DNA of 63,880 bases, the filler included, from Octopus bimaculoides (taxonomy: Eukaryota), in NCBI RefSeq assembly GCF_001194135.2. It is 7 parts of 7 records of this genome, joined end to end, with 100 filler letters (N's around TTAATTAATTAA, not from the genome) between each part and the next. Parts side by side here need not be neighbours in the genome. Positions count along the whole stretch, not along the records: positions 1 to 28,950 come from NC_068995.1; 6 more parts are not named here. The stretch is one strand, 5' to 3'. The number at the start of each line of letters is the position of its first letter. Position 1 is the first letter of the stretch. Below the pieces are notes generated by a model. It searched no databases. It was not told the DNA's origin and worked only from the letters and a program-made list of their open reading frames with translations. The translations under genes and the position numbers were made by a program. Below are positions 1 to 11,655 of the stretch, piece by piece.

Positions 1-51
<51 letters not shown>

Positions 52-191
52 CTCAACCTGTTCTGTTAAATAAATCAAGTAATGAGGATTTTTAAGGATA
101 ACCTTAGCTTAGTTAACCTCTTCTTGTACTAAAGTTGACTGTAGAATGCAGATAATATCTCTTTTTTTTTCTTATCTTTTTATTTCTACAG

Positions 192-301
192 ACTGTTTAC
201 AGCTGATTATGCTACCACACTGTTGTTGATCATCCTGTTGGGATTAAAATATATATTTTTTGATGTTAATATTGACACCAGCATGGGCAGTTTATTGAAA
301 G
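192..301 (+). CDS. HMGCR: HMG-CoA reductase exon: last membrane span and start of linker (upstream exons lie outside the window)
   Basis: tttctacAG acceptor; translates LFTADYATTLLLIILLGLKYIFFDVNIDTSMGSLLK, matching the vertebrate ..LLLAVKYIFF motif; G|GTGATT donor in phase 1 fits the next exon. Confidence 0.75.
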
Positions 302-591
302 GTGATTGAATTTCATCATTAAAATTAAAAATCAAAATAAATGTTTTCTGCTGATTTTTATATTAGTTGTTTAAAATACACTATGAAACAAAATATGCAT
401 CTCATATTTTTGCCACACATTTTCATTAATTTATTGTCATAGAATTTTCAAAAACAATAGTATGTATAAATTTGCAGTATAAATAGCAATATTTCTAAAT
501 ATTTCTTAATTAGAAGTAATAAATAAATAATGCAGTAGGAAAATACAATTATCTTCTAGTATAATGAAAATTATTTCTGTTTATTTGACAG

Positions 592-716
592 ATAAGAGAA
601 ACAAAGTTGAAATATCTACACAGACATGTTTTGAATCACCTCAGTCATCAGAATGTTTGAAATCCCTTAAAAATTCATCAGAAACTGAAGAACGTCACCA
701 AGTAAAGAAACCTAGT
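592..716 (+). CDS. HMGCR: HMGCR linker exon
   Basis: ttgacAG acceptor in phase 1; (D)KRNKVEISTQTCFESPQSSECLKSLKNSSETEERHQVKKPS; GTAAGT donor in phase 0 joins 1394; 3' boundary ambiguous because the frame stays open to 785. Confidence 0.6.
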
Positions 717-1393
717 GTAAGTAGATTCTTGTTCCTTTTGGACAGACTAAAAAAGGAGGAAAAAAACCCAATGATCTTCAAGTAATTTAAATTTCTGAGC
801 AGTAACTGCAAAATTTTTTTCTCTGATATTTTCACAGATCAAATTTCCAGTATAAAAGTGAAGTTTTAGGATTCAATAGGTTATAAATCTTATGAATTTT
901 TGAACAACAACATATTTCTGCTATTTAGTGCTAGAAAAGAATTATTATTTGGCTAAGAACTATCAGTTCTAAGCATTTCTGAGTTAGAGAATTTATTTGA
1001 TGCAGTCAGTGAAGTAAGGCATAGAGAAAAAGTAGTTAGATGGTTTATAACAGTTTTCAGATCCAGGTGCTGGCATGGACATGTGGTTAAGAAGTTTGCT
1101 TCCTACCCACATGGTTTGCAGCTCAGTCTCCATGATTGCACAGGTCATACAATTCTACTCAACTCCATATGTGTCAGAAAACAGAAGTCTGAATGCACAT
1201 TTATCAAGAAAATTCTTAATTTTTTTTTTTTATTCTTAACTTCTTTGAAATACAAATGCAAATTAAAGGTTTATTTTGGCCTAGTGTTACTTAATTCACT
1301 TGAATTAGAATACTCAGTTGGTTGCTGTGTATTATATATTACTAATAACTGTTATCCACATTACAAATTCTCATTTGATTCATGTTTTTACAG

Positions 1394-1509
1394 GAAGGAA
1401 TCAGTGCATTAAGTAACAAAGAAATTATTGAGCTTGTCAAAAAGAAACATATAGCTGGTTACCAACTGGAAAAAGTTCTAGGTGACTTTGAAAGAGGAAT
1501 TGATGTCAG
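1394..1509 (+). CDS. HMGCR: HMGCR catalytic-domain exon
   Basis: tttacAG...AG|GTAATG; EGISALSNKEIIELVKKKHIAGYQLEKVLGDFERGIDVR. Confidence 0.92.
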
Positions 1510-2643
1510 GTAATGTTATGACTTTTTCTTTTACCATGATTGCATAGGTCATACAATTCTACTCAACTATAAACATCACTATATCATTTGCAAACTTAGT
1601 CATCATTCTAACATCTACTTTTCCATGCTTGCATGGGACAGATAAGATTTTATTGAGGTAGAATTTTCTTCAGCTGAATGCTTTTCCTGTCACCAACCTC
1701 TACCTATTTCCAAGCAAATTTATATTTCCTCCAATATTGAACAACAAACAACCTAAACCTGCTTTCACCAACAAACAACATCATTTCTATGATAGTGGTG
1801 CTTTGTTTTACATTCAGAACGCACGTGTTAAAACAAGAATTTCCACTTAGCCACATATACATACACACATAGATATAGCTATAGGTACAGGCATGGTTTT
1901 GTGGCTAAAATGTCACTTTAAAACCATGTGGTTAAGGGTTTAGTCCTACTAACTGAACATTGTTGGATAAAGTTCTATATTATAGTTGTGAGTGAAAATA
2001 GTTGGTAGAAACTGAAGCCTGTTATATGTATATGTGCATTTGAGTGAGTGACTTCATACTTTGTTCCTATCTTATGTGTGTTCATTGACTTGAAAATAAA
2101 GCAACAGTCTCACTATCAAATAAACGTGATATTGTATGATTGCAATCAACTGCCAAAATACATTTGGGTTTCTTGTCATGTGTTAGATTTGTAAACAAAA
2201 AAGCTCATAACTATGTCTAGACTATTCATTGTTCATTAAACTAGAAGGTTGTTAACTTGTTAGCCCTGGGCTATAGTAGAAGACACTTGCCCAAAATCAT
2301 GTGGACAGCAGGACTGTGCCCCAAATCTCTTGCACACTGCATCTAATTCCTCTTATGCCTATTTTTTCTCTCAATACACTAGCGCTCTGTCACACATGTA
2401 TACTGACATTGTATATCCAGCAGAGCATACCAGCTTCATTACTCTCTGGCCTTCACATGTCTTCTGCATTCAGAGCCCACGTGCAATTGTAAACCTGAAT
2501 TATTTGTTGTCTACTAAAGTACTTGTATATTTTCAAGCTCCAATTCATTACAGTAGCTACAAATGAGGCTAGTTATCTATTTTGTGCTATTATTCACTAA
2601 ATGATAGTATTTATTTATGTTGGTTGCTTTCTTGACTTTTCAG

Positions 2644-2722
2644 GAGGGGACTTATTGATGAAAACTTAACTGACAAAAGTGTGATGGAAAAACTTCCTTT
2701 TAAGAACTACGATTATTCTGCT
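2644..2722 (+). CDS. HMGCR: HMGCR exon
   Basis: tttcAG...GCT|GTGAGT; RGLIDENLTDKSVMEKLPFKNYDYSA. Confidence 0.93.
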
Positions 2723-2871
2723 GTGAGTTTTTAATGTCTCTTATCTCTCCACATCTAAAAAGATATACATATAAATATATAGAAATATATGTTTCTCTTT
2801 TTATTGTTTCATTTTGTCAAAACTCATCATGCACTTATTCCTCTCAAAATCTATCAAATTTTTCATTGTAG

Positions 2872-3030
2872 GTTTATGGAGCATGTTGTGAAAATGTCAT
2901 TGGTTATATCCCTGTACCTGTTGGTGTAGTAGGTCCATTATTTATGAATAGTAAAGACTATTATGTTCCCATGGCCACTACTGAAGGCTGTTTAGTTGCT
3001 AGCACCAATAGAGGTTGCACAGCTTTGAAG
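2872..3030 (+). CDS. HMGCR: HMGCR exon (159 nt; ENVIG and TTEGCLVAS motifs, catalytic Glu)
   Basis: ttgtAG...AAG|GTAAAT; [53 protein letters not shown]. Confidence 0.97.
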
Positions 3031-3592
3031 GTAAATATATTTATCTGATAAATTCTGGTTTATTCTGCATTTTGTACTTTTATTACATAAAAAAAGACCA
3101 AGATTTATTTTAATGAGTTTTTCTTATCAAATTAATTATTCATGTAAGCTCTCTCCAATTACTCTACTAGCCATAAAATTACAAATTTTTTATTCTTACT
3201 CTTTAAATTTTGTACATGTAGATATATTAAGATCAGAAACACTTGCATTGTTTACTTATAATTTCTTAATTCTACCCTTTTTGCATCAACTCTTCAAATA
3301 GGGAAAATAAGTAGCTAGGGTTTTGGGTAACTTGAAGACTCATTATTTCCAGTCTGTTATAATACATATGTTACTACTATTTCTGATAAGTTCCTACTCT
3401 TTATCTAGATGCTTCACTGGTACTTATTTTATTGAAACCATACTCAACAAGTTTGCAAAATTAAACCAATTCAGTTAAAATCAGTAAATTCTTGACAAGT
3501 TGAACCAATGCTCAGCTTTCTAATTTAGTTTTAGTGACTTGTGTTATTAGACACTGATAACACATTTCTATTCTCTGTAATATTAATCCTGT

Positions 3593-3789
3593 TTAACCCT
3601 TTAGCATTCAAATCAGCCAAGATATTTAACCAGTTTTATATTGAAACAGGCCAGATCTGGTCTCTCACATCAACCCTACAATGTCATTCTAAAGCTAAAC
3701 AATCACATCAGCAAAATCTCTAAACTACAAGATAATATAAATAAAAAAATATTATATTTGACAGAGTAATCTGAATACTAAAGGGTTAA
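3593..3789. mobile_element. TTAA-flanked (piggyBac-type) MITE
   Basis: TIR ttaaccctttagcattca / tgaatactaaagggttaa; same family as 15261 and 63661. Confidence 0.85.
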
Positions 3790-3857
3790 CTCTTCTTCTA
3801 CATTTAATTGCTGTCACCTATAACATAATGAGTAATGTTTCCATTCTGTAAAATCAG

Positions 3858-3943
3858 AAAAGCGGTGGTGTACGCAGCTTCCTCTTAAGTGATGGTATGA
3901 CGAGGGGTCCGGTTGTACGGTTCCCAACAGCGGAAGAATGCAT
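3858..3943 (+). CDS. HMGCR: HMGCR exon
   Basis: atcAG...AT|GTAAGT; KSGGVRSFLLSDGMTRGPVVRFPTAEEC. Confidence 0.96.
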
Positions 3944-4304
3944 GTAAGTAATTCAGTATTAATTAAATGAGAAGAATGGTAGAGAATCAGATTAAAACTT
4001 TTATTGGTGTCTTACTGTTTAGAATTCAGTCAAAATGTCTTTCCTCTAAGTTGACAAAATAAGTATCAGTCATATATATTCTCCTTTCCATACAAAAATA
4101 GATGTTTTACCTGTGAAAGGCAGAGATAATAAGTGATAGGTGTGGAAGTAACTTAAACAAAGCATCAAACTACACTATTTACTTTTGCTTTTCTTGTCTT
4201 GCTACATTCAACTTTCCCTTTCATATATGCTCAGTTGATAAAATAGAGAACTGTAATTTACTGGTATATGGCATATGTGTGTGTATGTATTATCACCCTG
4301 CTGT

Positions 4305-4935
4305 GTGGTATGGTGGACTCTGAGGAAGCTAGGGGTAGACAAGTAGCTTGTAAAAGCCATACAAACCATGTACAGAGGTTCTGTCAGCAAGGTGAGAGTT
4401 AAACATGAGTATAGCGATGAATTTAGTGTACAGGTAGGCATTAATCAGAGTTGTTTTCAGTCTCCTCCTATTCATCATCATCCTCCAGGCCATAACAGAG
4501 GAATTCAAGACCAGCTGGAAACTGCTGTATGCTGATAATCTTGCTCTTATAGCAGATTCTGTAACAGAACTAGAAAAAATTCCAAGTGTAGAAGCAAAAC
4601 CTGGTATCAAAGGTTAACTTACCAAAGACTGAGGTTCTAGTAAGCAAGGAAACGGACAAGACCCTTCTCCCATCAGGTAAATGGCTCTCCTCTACATGTT
4701 AAAAAGGTGTAGGCCAGAATTCCATATGGTGTACCCAGTGCAAGCTATGGACACATGAGGTACCGTGGAATAAAAAGGAAGGTTATTATAGAAGATAGTG
4801 TTTGTATATGGAAGATGCACAGGAGGATGAAAACTACAGGTACTCGGGAAATCGATTTTTTTCAAATTCCCCAGAAGCTTTTTCGAGGGAGTGGATAATT
4901 TCTGCTACCTAGGGGACCTAAATCCCCAGTTAAAA
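4305..4935 (+). mobile_element. Decayed RTE-clade LINE RT fragment in an HMGCR intron
   Basis: WWTLRKLGVDK*LVKAIQTMYRG..SKVRV..LLFIIILQAITEEF..LLYADNLALIA with stops and frameshifts; same family as 44570-44866. Confidence 0.8.
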
Positions 4936-5344
4936 TATTTTGAATATGTATCATATTTTCTGATATTGGTTGTTTCCATCTACCAAATCCACTCAAAGCT
5001 TTGGTCAGTCTGGGCTACAGTAGAAGACACAAGATGCCATGTAGTGGGACTGAACCCTGGACCATATGGCCAGGAAGAAAATATGTGTTTGTAGGTGACT
5101 GTGCGTATCCTTGTCTTGATGTCATGTGATAGTCATAGATAAACATCACTATCATACAAGTGATGTTGTTCATTTCTAGTCTTCCACGGAAAACATGTTT
5201 GGTCAATAATACCTTGCTTGGAACCAAGTGAAGTTTGCCAACAGGAAAGGCACCCAACCATAGAAAATATGCCTTGACAGATTCCATCTGACCCATGCAA
5301 GCTTAGAAAAGTGGACAGTAAATGATGATAATGATATATATATT

Positions 5345-5559
5345 AGTGGATGCTGAAAAGTTCCTAGCTTTAAGAGTTTTGTAAAAGACCTGGTTAGAGG
5401 CCCAACCATTCAAGTTCTTTTACAGGGCTTAGAAAAACTGAAGAACCACTGCAATAAGTGTGTGAATCTGAGAGGGGAATATGTTGAATAAAATCATAAT
5501 TTACTGATCATCCTGTATTTTTCTTCTACCCAAAGCCAGGAACTTTTCAGCACCACCTT
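5345..5559 (+). mobile_element. Mariner-derived MITE
   Basis: TIRs tgctgaaaagttcctagcttt / aaagccaggaacttttcagca; internal remnant GLEKLKNHCNKCVNLRGEYVE* resembles a mariner C-terminus. Confidence 0.75.
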
Positions 5560-5637
5560 GTGTGTGTATGTATTATACACACATCTTTCTTGTATCACCT
5601 AACTGTCCTGGATGTTTTGCGTTCTTGTCCCATTTCG

Positions 5638-5675
<38 letters not shown>

Positions 5676-8290
5676 AAAATTCAGGGATCAGCAACAGTTG
5701 CTTCACCACATACCGAAGTTCAGAAATAGCAGCTAAAATGCTGAAACTCCACTGATGAGCTGGCTGGCCTATGTAGGTTTGGAGATACTTTCAAACTGTG
5801 TCGATTGTTATGATGGCACTCGGTCATACATGCACGTTTGCTAGTATCGTCGAATTTGCAACTGGAATATCATACCGATGAGGTAATGAAGAGTTTTTCC
5901 TTCTAAGCCAGAAACATGTATATGATTAACTATGGCTAGTTTAGTTCGTTATTTTTCTTCTTGTTTTGCCTATGTGAGTTNNNNNNNNNNNNNNNNNNNN
6001 NNNNNNNNNNNNNNNNNNNNNNNNNNNNNNNNNNNNNNNNNNNNNNNNNNNNNNNNNNNNNNNNNNNNNNNNNNNNNNNNNNNNNNNNNNNNNNNNNNNN
6101 NNNNNNNNNNNNNNNNNNNNNNNNNNNNNNNNNNNNNNNNNNNNNNNNNNNNNNNNNNNNNNNNNNNNNNNNNNNNNNNNNNNNNNNNNNNNNNNNNNNN
6201 NNNNNNNNNNNNNNNNNNNNNNNNNNNNNNNNNNNNNNNNNNNNNNNNNNNNNNNNNNNNNNNNNNNNNNNNNNNNNNNNNNNNNNNNNNNNNNNNNNNN
6301 NNNNNNNNNNNNNNNNNNNNNNNNNNNNNNNNNNNNNNNNNNNNNNNNNNNNNNNNNNNNNNNNNNNNNNNNNNNNNNNNNNNNNNNNNNNNAACAGACA
6401 GTTAGGTGATACAAGAAAGGGACAACAGAACATCCAGATAGACGATACAAAGAAAACAAGGACAAGTCATTCGGAGTTTTCTTTCATCAGTCGAGATCCA
6501 GATTATCTTCGCAATTTTGGCTGGTTATACTTGATATTGCTCCAATCTGGCCAGCCCCAAAGAAAAACTAAGCTAAGAGCATTAGATTCCTTGGAAGAAA
6601 GCAGCGAACGTATACAAAAACAAGGACGGGAAAACACGAACAATGTTACACAAATAAAATAAAAATAATAACAGGACATAACAACAGGTGTCTTTCCACT
6701 AAGGACGAATTTGAATTAAGCTGGCGTGTGTGGAAATAAAGCCTTGCGGCAGGGATACAAGATTTCACATGCTCAGGGAGGAATATCGATGTTGCATGCA
6801 CAACGGCTGGCCAAGAAAGAAAGATCAGGCTTGGCCGAACGCCAGTCATGTGGGAAGAGAAGAGAGAGAGGTGGAAGCAGAGGAACAAAAGAATTAAGGA
6901 GGGGCGAGAAAAAATGACAGGAACACAGTGAAGTGAAAAGTGGAGGGAAAGTGAGCAAGAAGAGAAGGCAAGGAAATGTGAGCGACGGGGAACGAAAGAA
7001 CGAAGAGTGGAATGAATGAATAAGGGTGAAAGGGCTGATAGACAGAAATAGAGTCATACAAGATTTAGAAAAATGTATACTTACATATATAAGAGACAAA
7101 GTGTACGTACGCTGCTGTATATATATATAGGTGTATGAGTGGCTATGTAGTTAAGAAAGCTTGATTCCCAAGTTCTTGGTTCTAGGTTCAATCCCACTGC
7201 ATAGAGTTACAAACATTAGTTAGCTANNNNNNNNNNNNNNNNNNNNNNNNNNNNNNNNNNNNNNNNNNNNNNNNNNNNNNNNNNNNNNNNNNNNNNNNNN
7301 NNNNNNNNNNNNNNNNNNNNNNNNNNNNNNNNNNNNNNNNNNNNNNNNNNNNNNNNNNNNNNNNNNNNNNNNNNNNNNNNNNNNNNNNNNNNNNNNNNNN
7401 NNNNNNNNNNNNNNNNNNNNNNNNNNNNNNNNNNNNNNNNNNNNNNNNNNNNNNNNNNNNNNNNNNNNNNNNNNNNNNNNNNNNNNNNNNNNNNNNNNNN
7501 NNNNNNNNNNNNNNNNNNNNNNNNNNNNNNNNNNNNNNNNNNNNNNNNNNNNNNNNNNNNNNNNNNNNNNNNNNNNNNNNNNNNNNNNNNNNNNNNNNNN
7601 NNNNNNNNNNNNNNNNNNNNNNNNNNNNNNNNNNNNNNNNNNNNNNNNNNNNNNNNNNNNNNNNNNNNNNNNNNNNNNNNNNNNNNNNNNNNNNNNNNNN
7701 NNNNNNNNNNNNNNNNNNNNNNNNNNNNNNNNNNNNNNNNNNNNNNNNNNNNNNNNNNNNNNNNNNNNNNNNNNNNNNNNNNNNNNNNNNNNNNNNNNNN
7801 NNNNNNNNNNNNNNNNNNNNNNNNNNNNNNNNNNNNNNNNNNNNNNNNNNNNNNNNNNNNNNNNNNNNNNNNNNNNNNNNNNNNNNNNNNNNNNNNNNNN
7901 NNNNNNNNNNNNNNNNNNNNNNNNNNNNNNNNNNNNNNNNNNNNNNNNNNNNNNNNNNNNNNNNNNNNNNNNNNNNNNNNNNNNNNNNNNNNNNNNNNNN
8001 NNNNNNNNNNNNNNNNNNNNNNNNNNNNNNNNNNNNNNNNNNNNNNNNNNNNNNNNNNNNNNNNNNNNNNNNNNNNNNNNNNNNNNNNNNNNNATCATCA
8101 AAGAATGTATATATGCATTTTAATTCTCGAACTGTTTTTTAACATTTTTTATTATTCTCAAAGACTTTTGATAATCTTTTTCTAAAAAAGCGAAACCGGT
8201 TAAGTAAATAAATATTTTAAAAAAATAAGTGCATTTTCAAACTTTCTTTCATATATATTTCCACTCGTACGGTATTCCACAACTTTACTT

Positions 8291-8328
<38 letters not shown>

Positions 8329-9520
8329 TAATATTGTGCTTAGACAAAGCAATACTAATAACCTGATATTAGAACTCGATATACATATGCTTCAGAAAAA
8401 AATGTTAGTCAAGTAAAGAGTGTAATATATTATATAAATGACAGGGAAACAAGAAATTAAGTGATGAACTTCATTAGCTTACAGCTATTTCTGCTATAAG
8501 ATGTGCAATGCACTCATAGTTGAATGCTTGTGTATCACCTAATAGCTTTGTCAGATTCAAAAATGAAGCATAACTTCATTTTTGAAACTCTTACATACAG
8601 ATCTAATACCAGATGTAGTATTAGATTATTTGCACTAATATAATACTCTACATTGGCGTCATCACTATCATTTCTACTGTCATCATTGTTAATAGTGTTA
8701 CATTCACTTTTTTACATTGGCATAGTCTAGACAAATCTACACCACACCATTGTCCCACATATCTTGATACAAACTAACATGGTTGGTTTCTCTTCTGATT
8801 TGAAATAAAAGAATCACTCATGAGTGTTTGCTATAAACAAAAACCAAACCAGTTCTGGTATGTCAATTATTTGTTCATTTTTCTTTCAAGTTAACATCAC
8901 TATTTTGTTTTAGAAATGTTGTAAATACATAAATTATTGGAGCATGTAGTTTCATAGCTGTGTACCTTTCACATTGTTAACACATCAAAAGTGCGATTGG
9001 CACAGTTTTACACTGAGGTACATCTCAATAGCTTAGCAGAGTTTTCAGTGATATCTCAAGATACCTGGTATCTTGCTGTATTCAAGAAGACCCATCCTTG
9101 TCAGCTGAAGTATTAAGGTCATATCCCCTGGTAAAGAGGATTGGCCTGCAAGAGTCCTGTACCAGAAGCACCATGTAAGAAGCACTCAATACACACTGTA
9201 AAGTGGTTGGCATGAGGAAGGACATCAGCTGTAGAAACCGAGTCAAATGAAACTGGAACCTGGTGCATCTCTCCAGCTTGTCAGCTCTGGTCAAACCATC
9301 AAACCCATGCCAGCATGGAAAATGAACATTAAAGGCTGATGATGATCTTTATAGTCAATGGTCTTGCACCCGTATCTACTGTACTTCATTTAATTCTATA
9401 ACTGAGTGAGGTACAACCAAGGAGACTAAGTAGTTACTTCCTTTCCCTCTTATAAAAATACATTTTTTTATTTTAAAACTCATTGACTTAGGTTATTGTT
9501 TATTGTGATTTTTTATGGAA

Positions 9521-9557
<37 letters not shown>

Positions 9558-9566
9558 TTACTGCAG

Positions 9567-9638
9567 GAAATTAAAACATTGGCTCAATGAAAAAGAAGCA
9601 TTCCACTTTGTTCAAAAGAAATTTAATGAAACTAGTCG
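9567..9638 (+). CDS. HMGCR: HMGCR exon
   Basis: long poly-T tract then ctgcAG; (M)KLKHWLNEKEAFHFVQKKFNETSR; CG|GTGAGG; phases 2/2 fit both neighbours. Confidence 0.93.
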
Positions 9639-9914
9639 GTGAGGATTTTAATTTATGTGTCACAATTAATGAAAGCTGAGTCATTACTGTCACATTTACT
9701 GAAAAGTTGAGCAGTTACAATAATTTGTATCGCATTTAATTAACAGCTGAAAAATTCCTATAATTCATGTCACATTAAATTAACAGCTGAGTCTTGTTGA
9801 TAATTTGTTTAACATTTAGTGAACAGCTAAGAGTCACAGCTATGTTTCACATCTAATGGAACAGCTAAAAGTCACATTTGTTGTTTAACATTTAATGAAC
9901 ACCTCAGCGTCACC

Positions 9915-10243
9915 TTACTGGCACGTGAAAAAAATATTTGAGTGAGGTCGTTGCCAGTGCCACTGGACTGGCTCCTGTGCAGGTGGCACGTAAAAAACAT
10001 CATTTGAGCGTGGTTGTTGCCAGTACCACCTGACTGGCCCTCGTGCTGGTGGCACGTAAAAGCACCCACTACACTCTCGGAGTGGTTGGCATTAGGAAGG
10101 GCATCCAGCTGTAGAAATACTGCCAGATAACATTGGAGCTTGCTGCAGCCATCTGGTTCACCAGTCTTCAGTCAAATCGTCCAGCATGGAAAGCGGACAT
10201 TAAATGATGATAATGATGGTGATGGTGGTGATGATGATGATGA
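9915..10243 (+). mobile_element. Repeat family D with (GAT)n tail (SINE or LINE-tail type)
   Basis: cccactacactctcggagtggttggc.ttaggaagggcatccagctgtagaaa..catggaaagcggac.ttaaa(tga)n; copies at 5095, 9085, 25277(-), 41045, 41870, 61466 and 62575(-). Confidence 0.75.
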
Positions 10244-10266
10244 TTCCTATATCATTATATAGACTA

Positions 10267-10357
10267 CTAGCAGAAATACCCGGCGTTGCCCGGGTTAAAG
10301 AGAATAATGATATCTAAAAACGCCGTCTAGACTACGCATCATCTTTATATATAGAGA
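10267..10357 (-). mobile_element. Mini-Helitron (~90 bp)
   Basis: minus strand A|TCTCTATATATAAAG ... CCCGG-GCAACG-CCGGG hairpin ... CTAG|T; inserted between A and T. Confidence 0.75.
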
Positions 10358-10940
10358 TGTATATACACACACGCACCCAAACACACGTATATATATGTAT
10401 ATCAATATAAATATATGAAAGTCAATGAAGTTTCGTAAAAGAAGGTGATCATGTACATACTTTCTTGCTGTTGTGATTATAACACCTCATTGTAAACTAT
10501 GTTCCTTGTTTTCCCTTGTGGAGCATATACAAATAGGTTTTTTTTTGCTGCCCACTCTTGAGCAGCCAACATACAGTTGTCCATGTGAGAAGCAGGGCTC
10601 TTCCAAGAGAAGACCAGCTACAGACAGTGTTTGACCCTGNNNNNNNNNNNNNNNNNNNNNNNNNNNNNNNNNNNNNNNNNNNNNNNNNNNNNNNNNNNNN
10701 NNNNNNNNNNNNNNNNNNNNNNNNNNNNNNNNNNNNNNNNNNNNNNNNNNNNNNNNNNNNNNNNNNNNNNNNNNNNNNNNNNNNNNNNNNNNNNNNNNNN
10801 NNNNNNNNNNNNNNNNNNNNNNNNNNNNNNNNNNNNNNNNNNNNNNNNNNNNNNNNNNNNNNNNNNNNNNNNNNNNNNNNNNNNNNNNNNNNNNNNNNNN
10901 NNNNNNNNNNNNNNNNNNNNNNNNNNNNNNNNNNNNNNNN

Positions 10941-10971
<31 letters not shown>

Positions 10972-10999
10972 CTTTCTCTCTTTCTCTCTCTGTGAAAGT

Positions 11000-11301
11000 A
11001 TCTGTCACTACAGTATCGAAATGTGATTGTTTCAGTTAGTGGAATAGTTTCATTTTTAAAGTGAAAGTATTTGACATGAGTGTTTTTGTTTCACTTTTGA
11101 CACGTAATACTTAAATAGTGGAGGAGATATTATGTTGCCGTGTGCTCGAACTCTGCAAGAAGTTAATAATTTTTTTTGACTAAAACACAACTGGAACCCT
11201 AAGTAAGGCATGTGTAAAATTTGAATGAAATTGGTTGCGTAGTTCTCGAGTTTTAGGGATTCAGACAGACAGACACACATTCTCATTTTTATATATATAG
11301 A
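11000..11301 (-). mobile_element. Non-autonomous Helitron-like element 5' part
   Basis: minus strand A|TCTATATATATAAAAATGAGAATGTGTGTCTGTCTG..AACCAATTTCATTCAAATTTTACACATG; 3' end probably in the gap. Confidence 0.55.
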
Positions 11302-11327
11302 TTAACAGATTTTCTTTCTTATTTCAG

Positions 11328-11433
11328 TTTTGCTAAATTAACTAGCTTGCAAGCAAATCTAGCTGGAAGATACTTATTTATTCGATTTGTAGCTACAACT
11401 GGTGACGCCATGGGAATGAATATGCTTTCTAAG
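11328..11433 (+). CDS. HMGCR: HMGCR exon (DAMGMN NADPH-binding motif)
   Basis: tttcAG...AAG|GTGATA; [35 protein letters not shown]. Confidence 0.97.
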
Positions 11434-11548
11434 GTGATATTTTTTAAAACATCACATTTGAATGGATATCAAACATAAGCATGAATATTTCATCAGATTT
11501 TAATAACTTTTTCTTAGTTCTTCATAAGATGTTTTGCTTATTTTTCAG

Positions 11549-11655
11549 GGAGTGGAAAATGCTCTTAGAGTATTGAAAGAAAAATTTCCTAACATGGAAA
11601 TTATGAGTGTTAGCGGTAATTATTGTACAGATAAAAAATGTGCTGCCATTAATTG
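11549..11655 (+). CDS. HMGCR: HMGCR exon (cis-loop, catalytic Lys)
   Basis: tttcAG...TG|GTAAGT; [36 protein letters not shown]. Confidence 0.97.
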
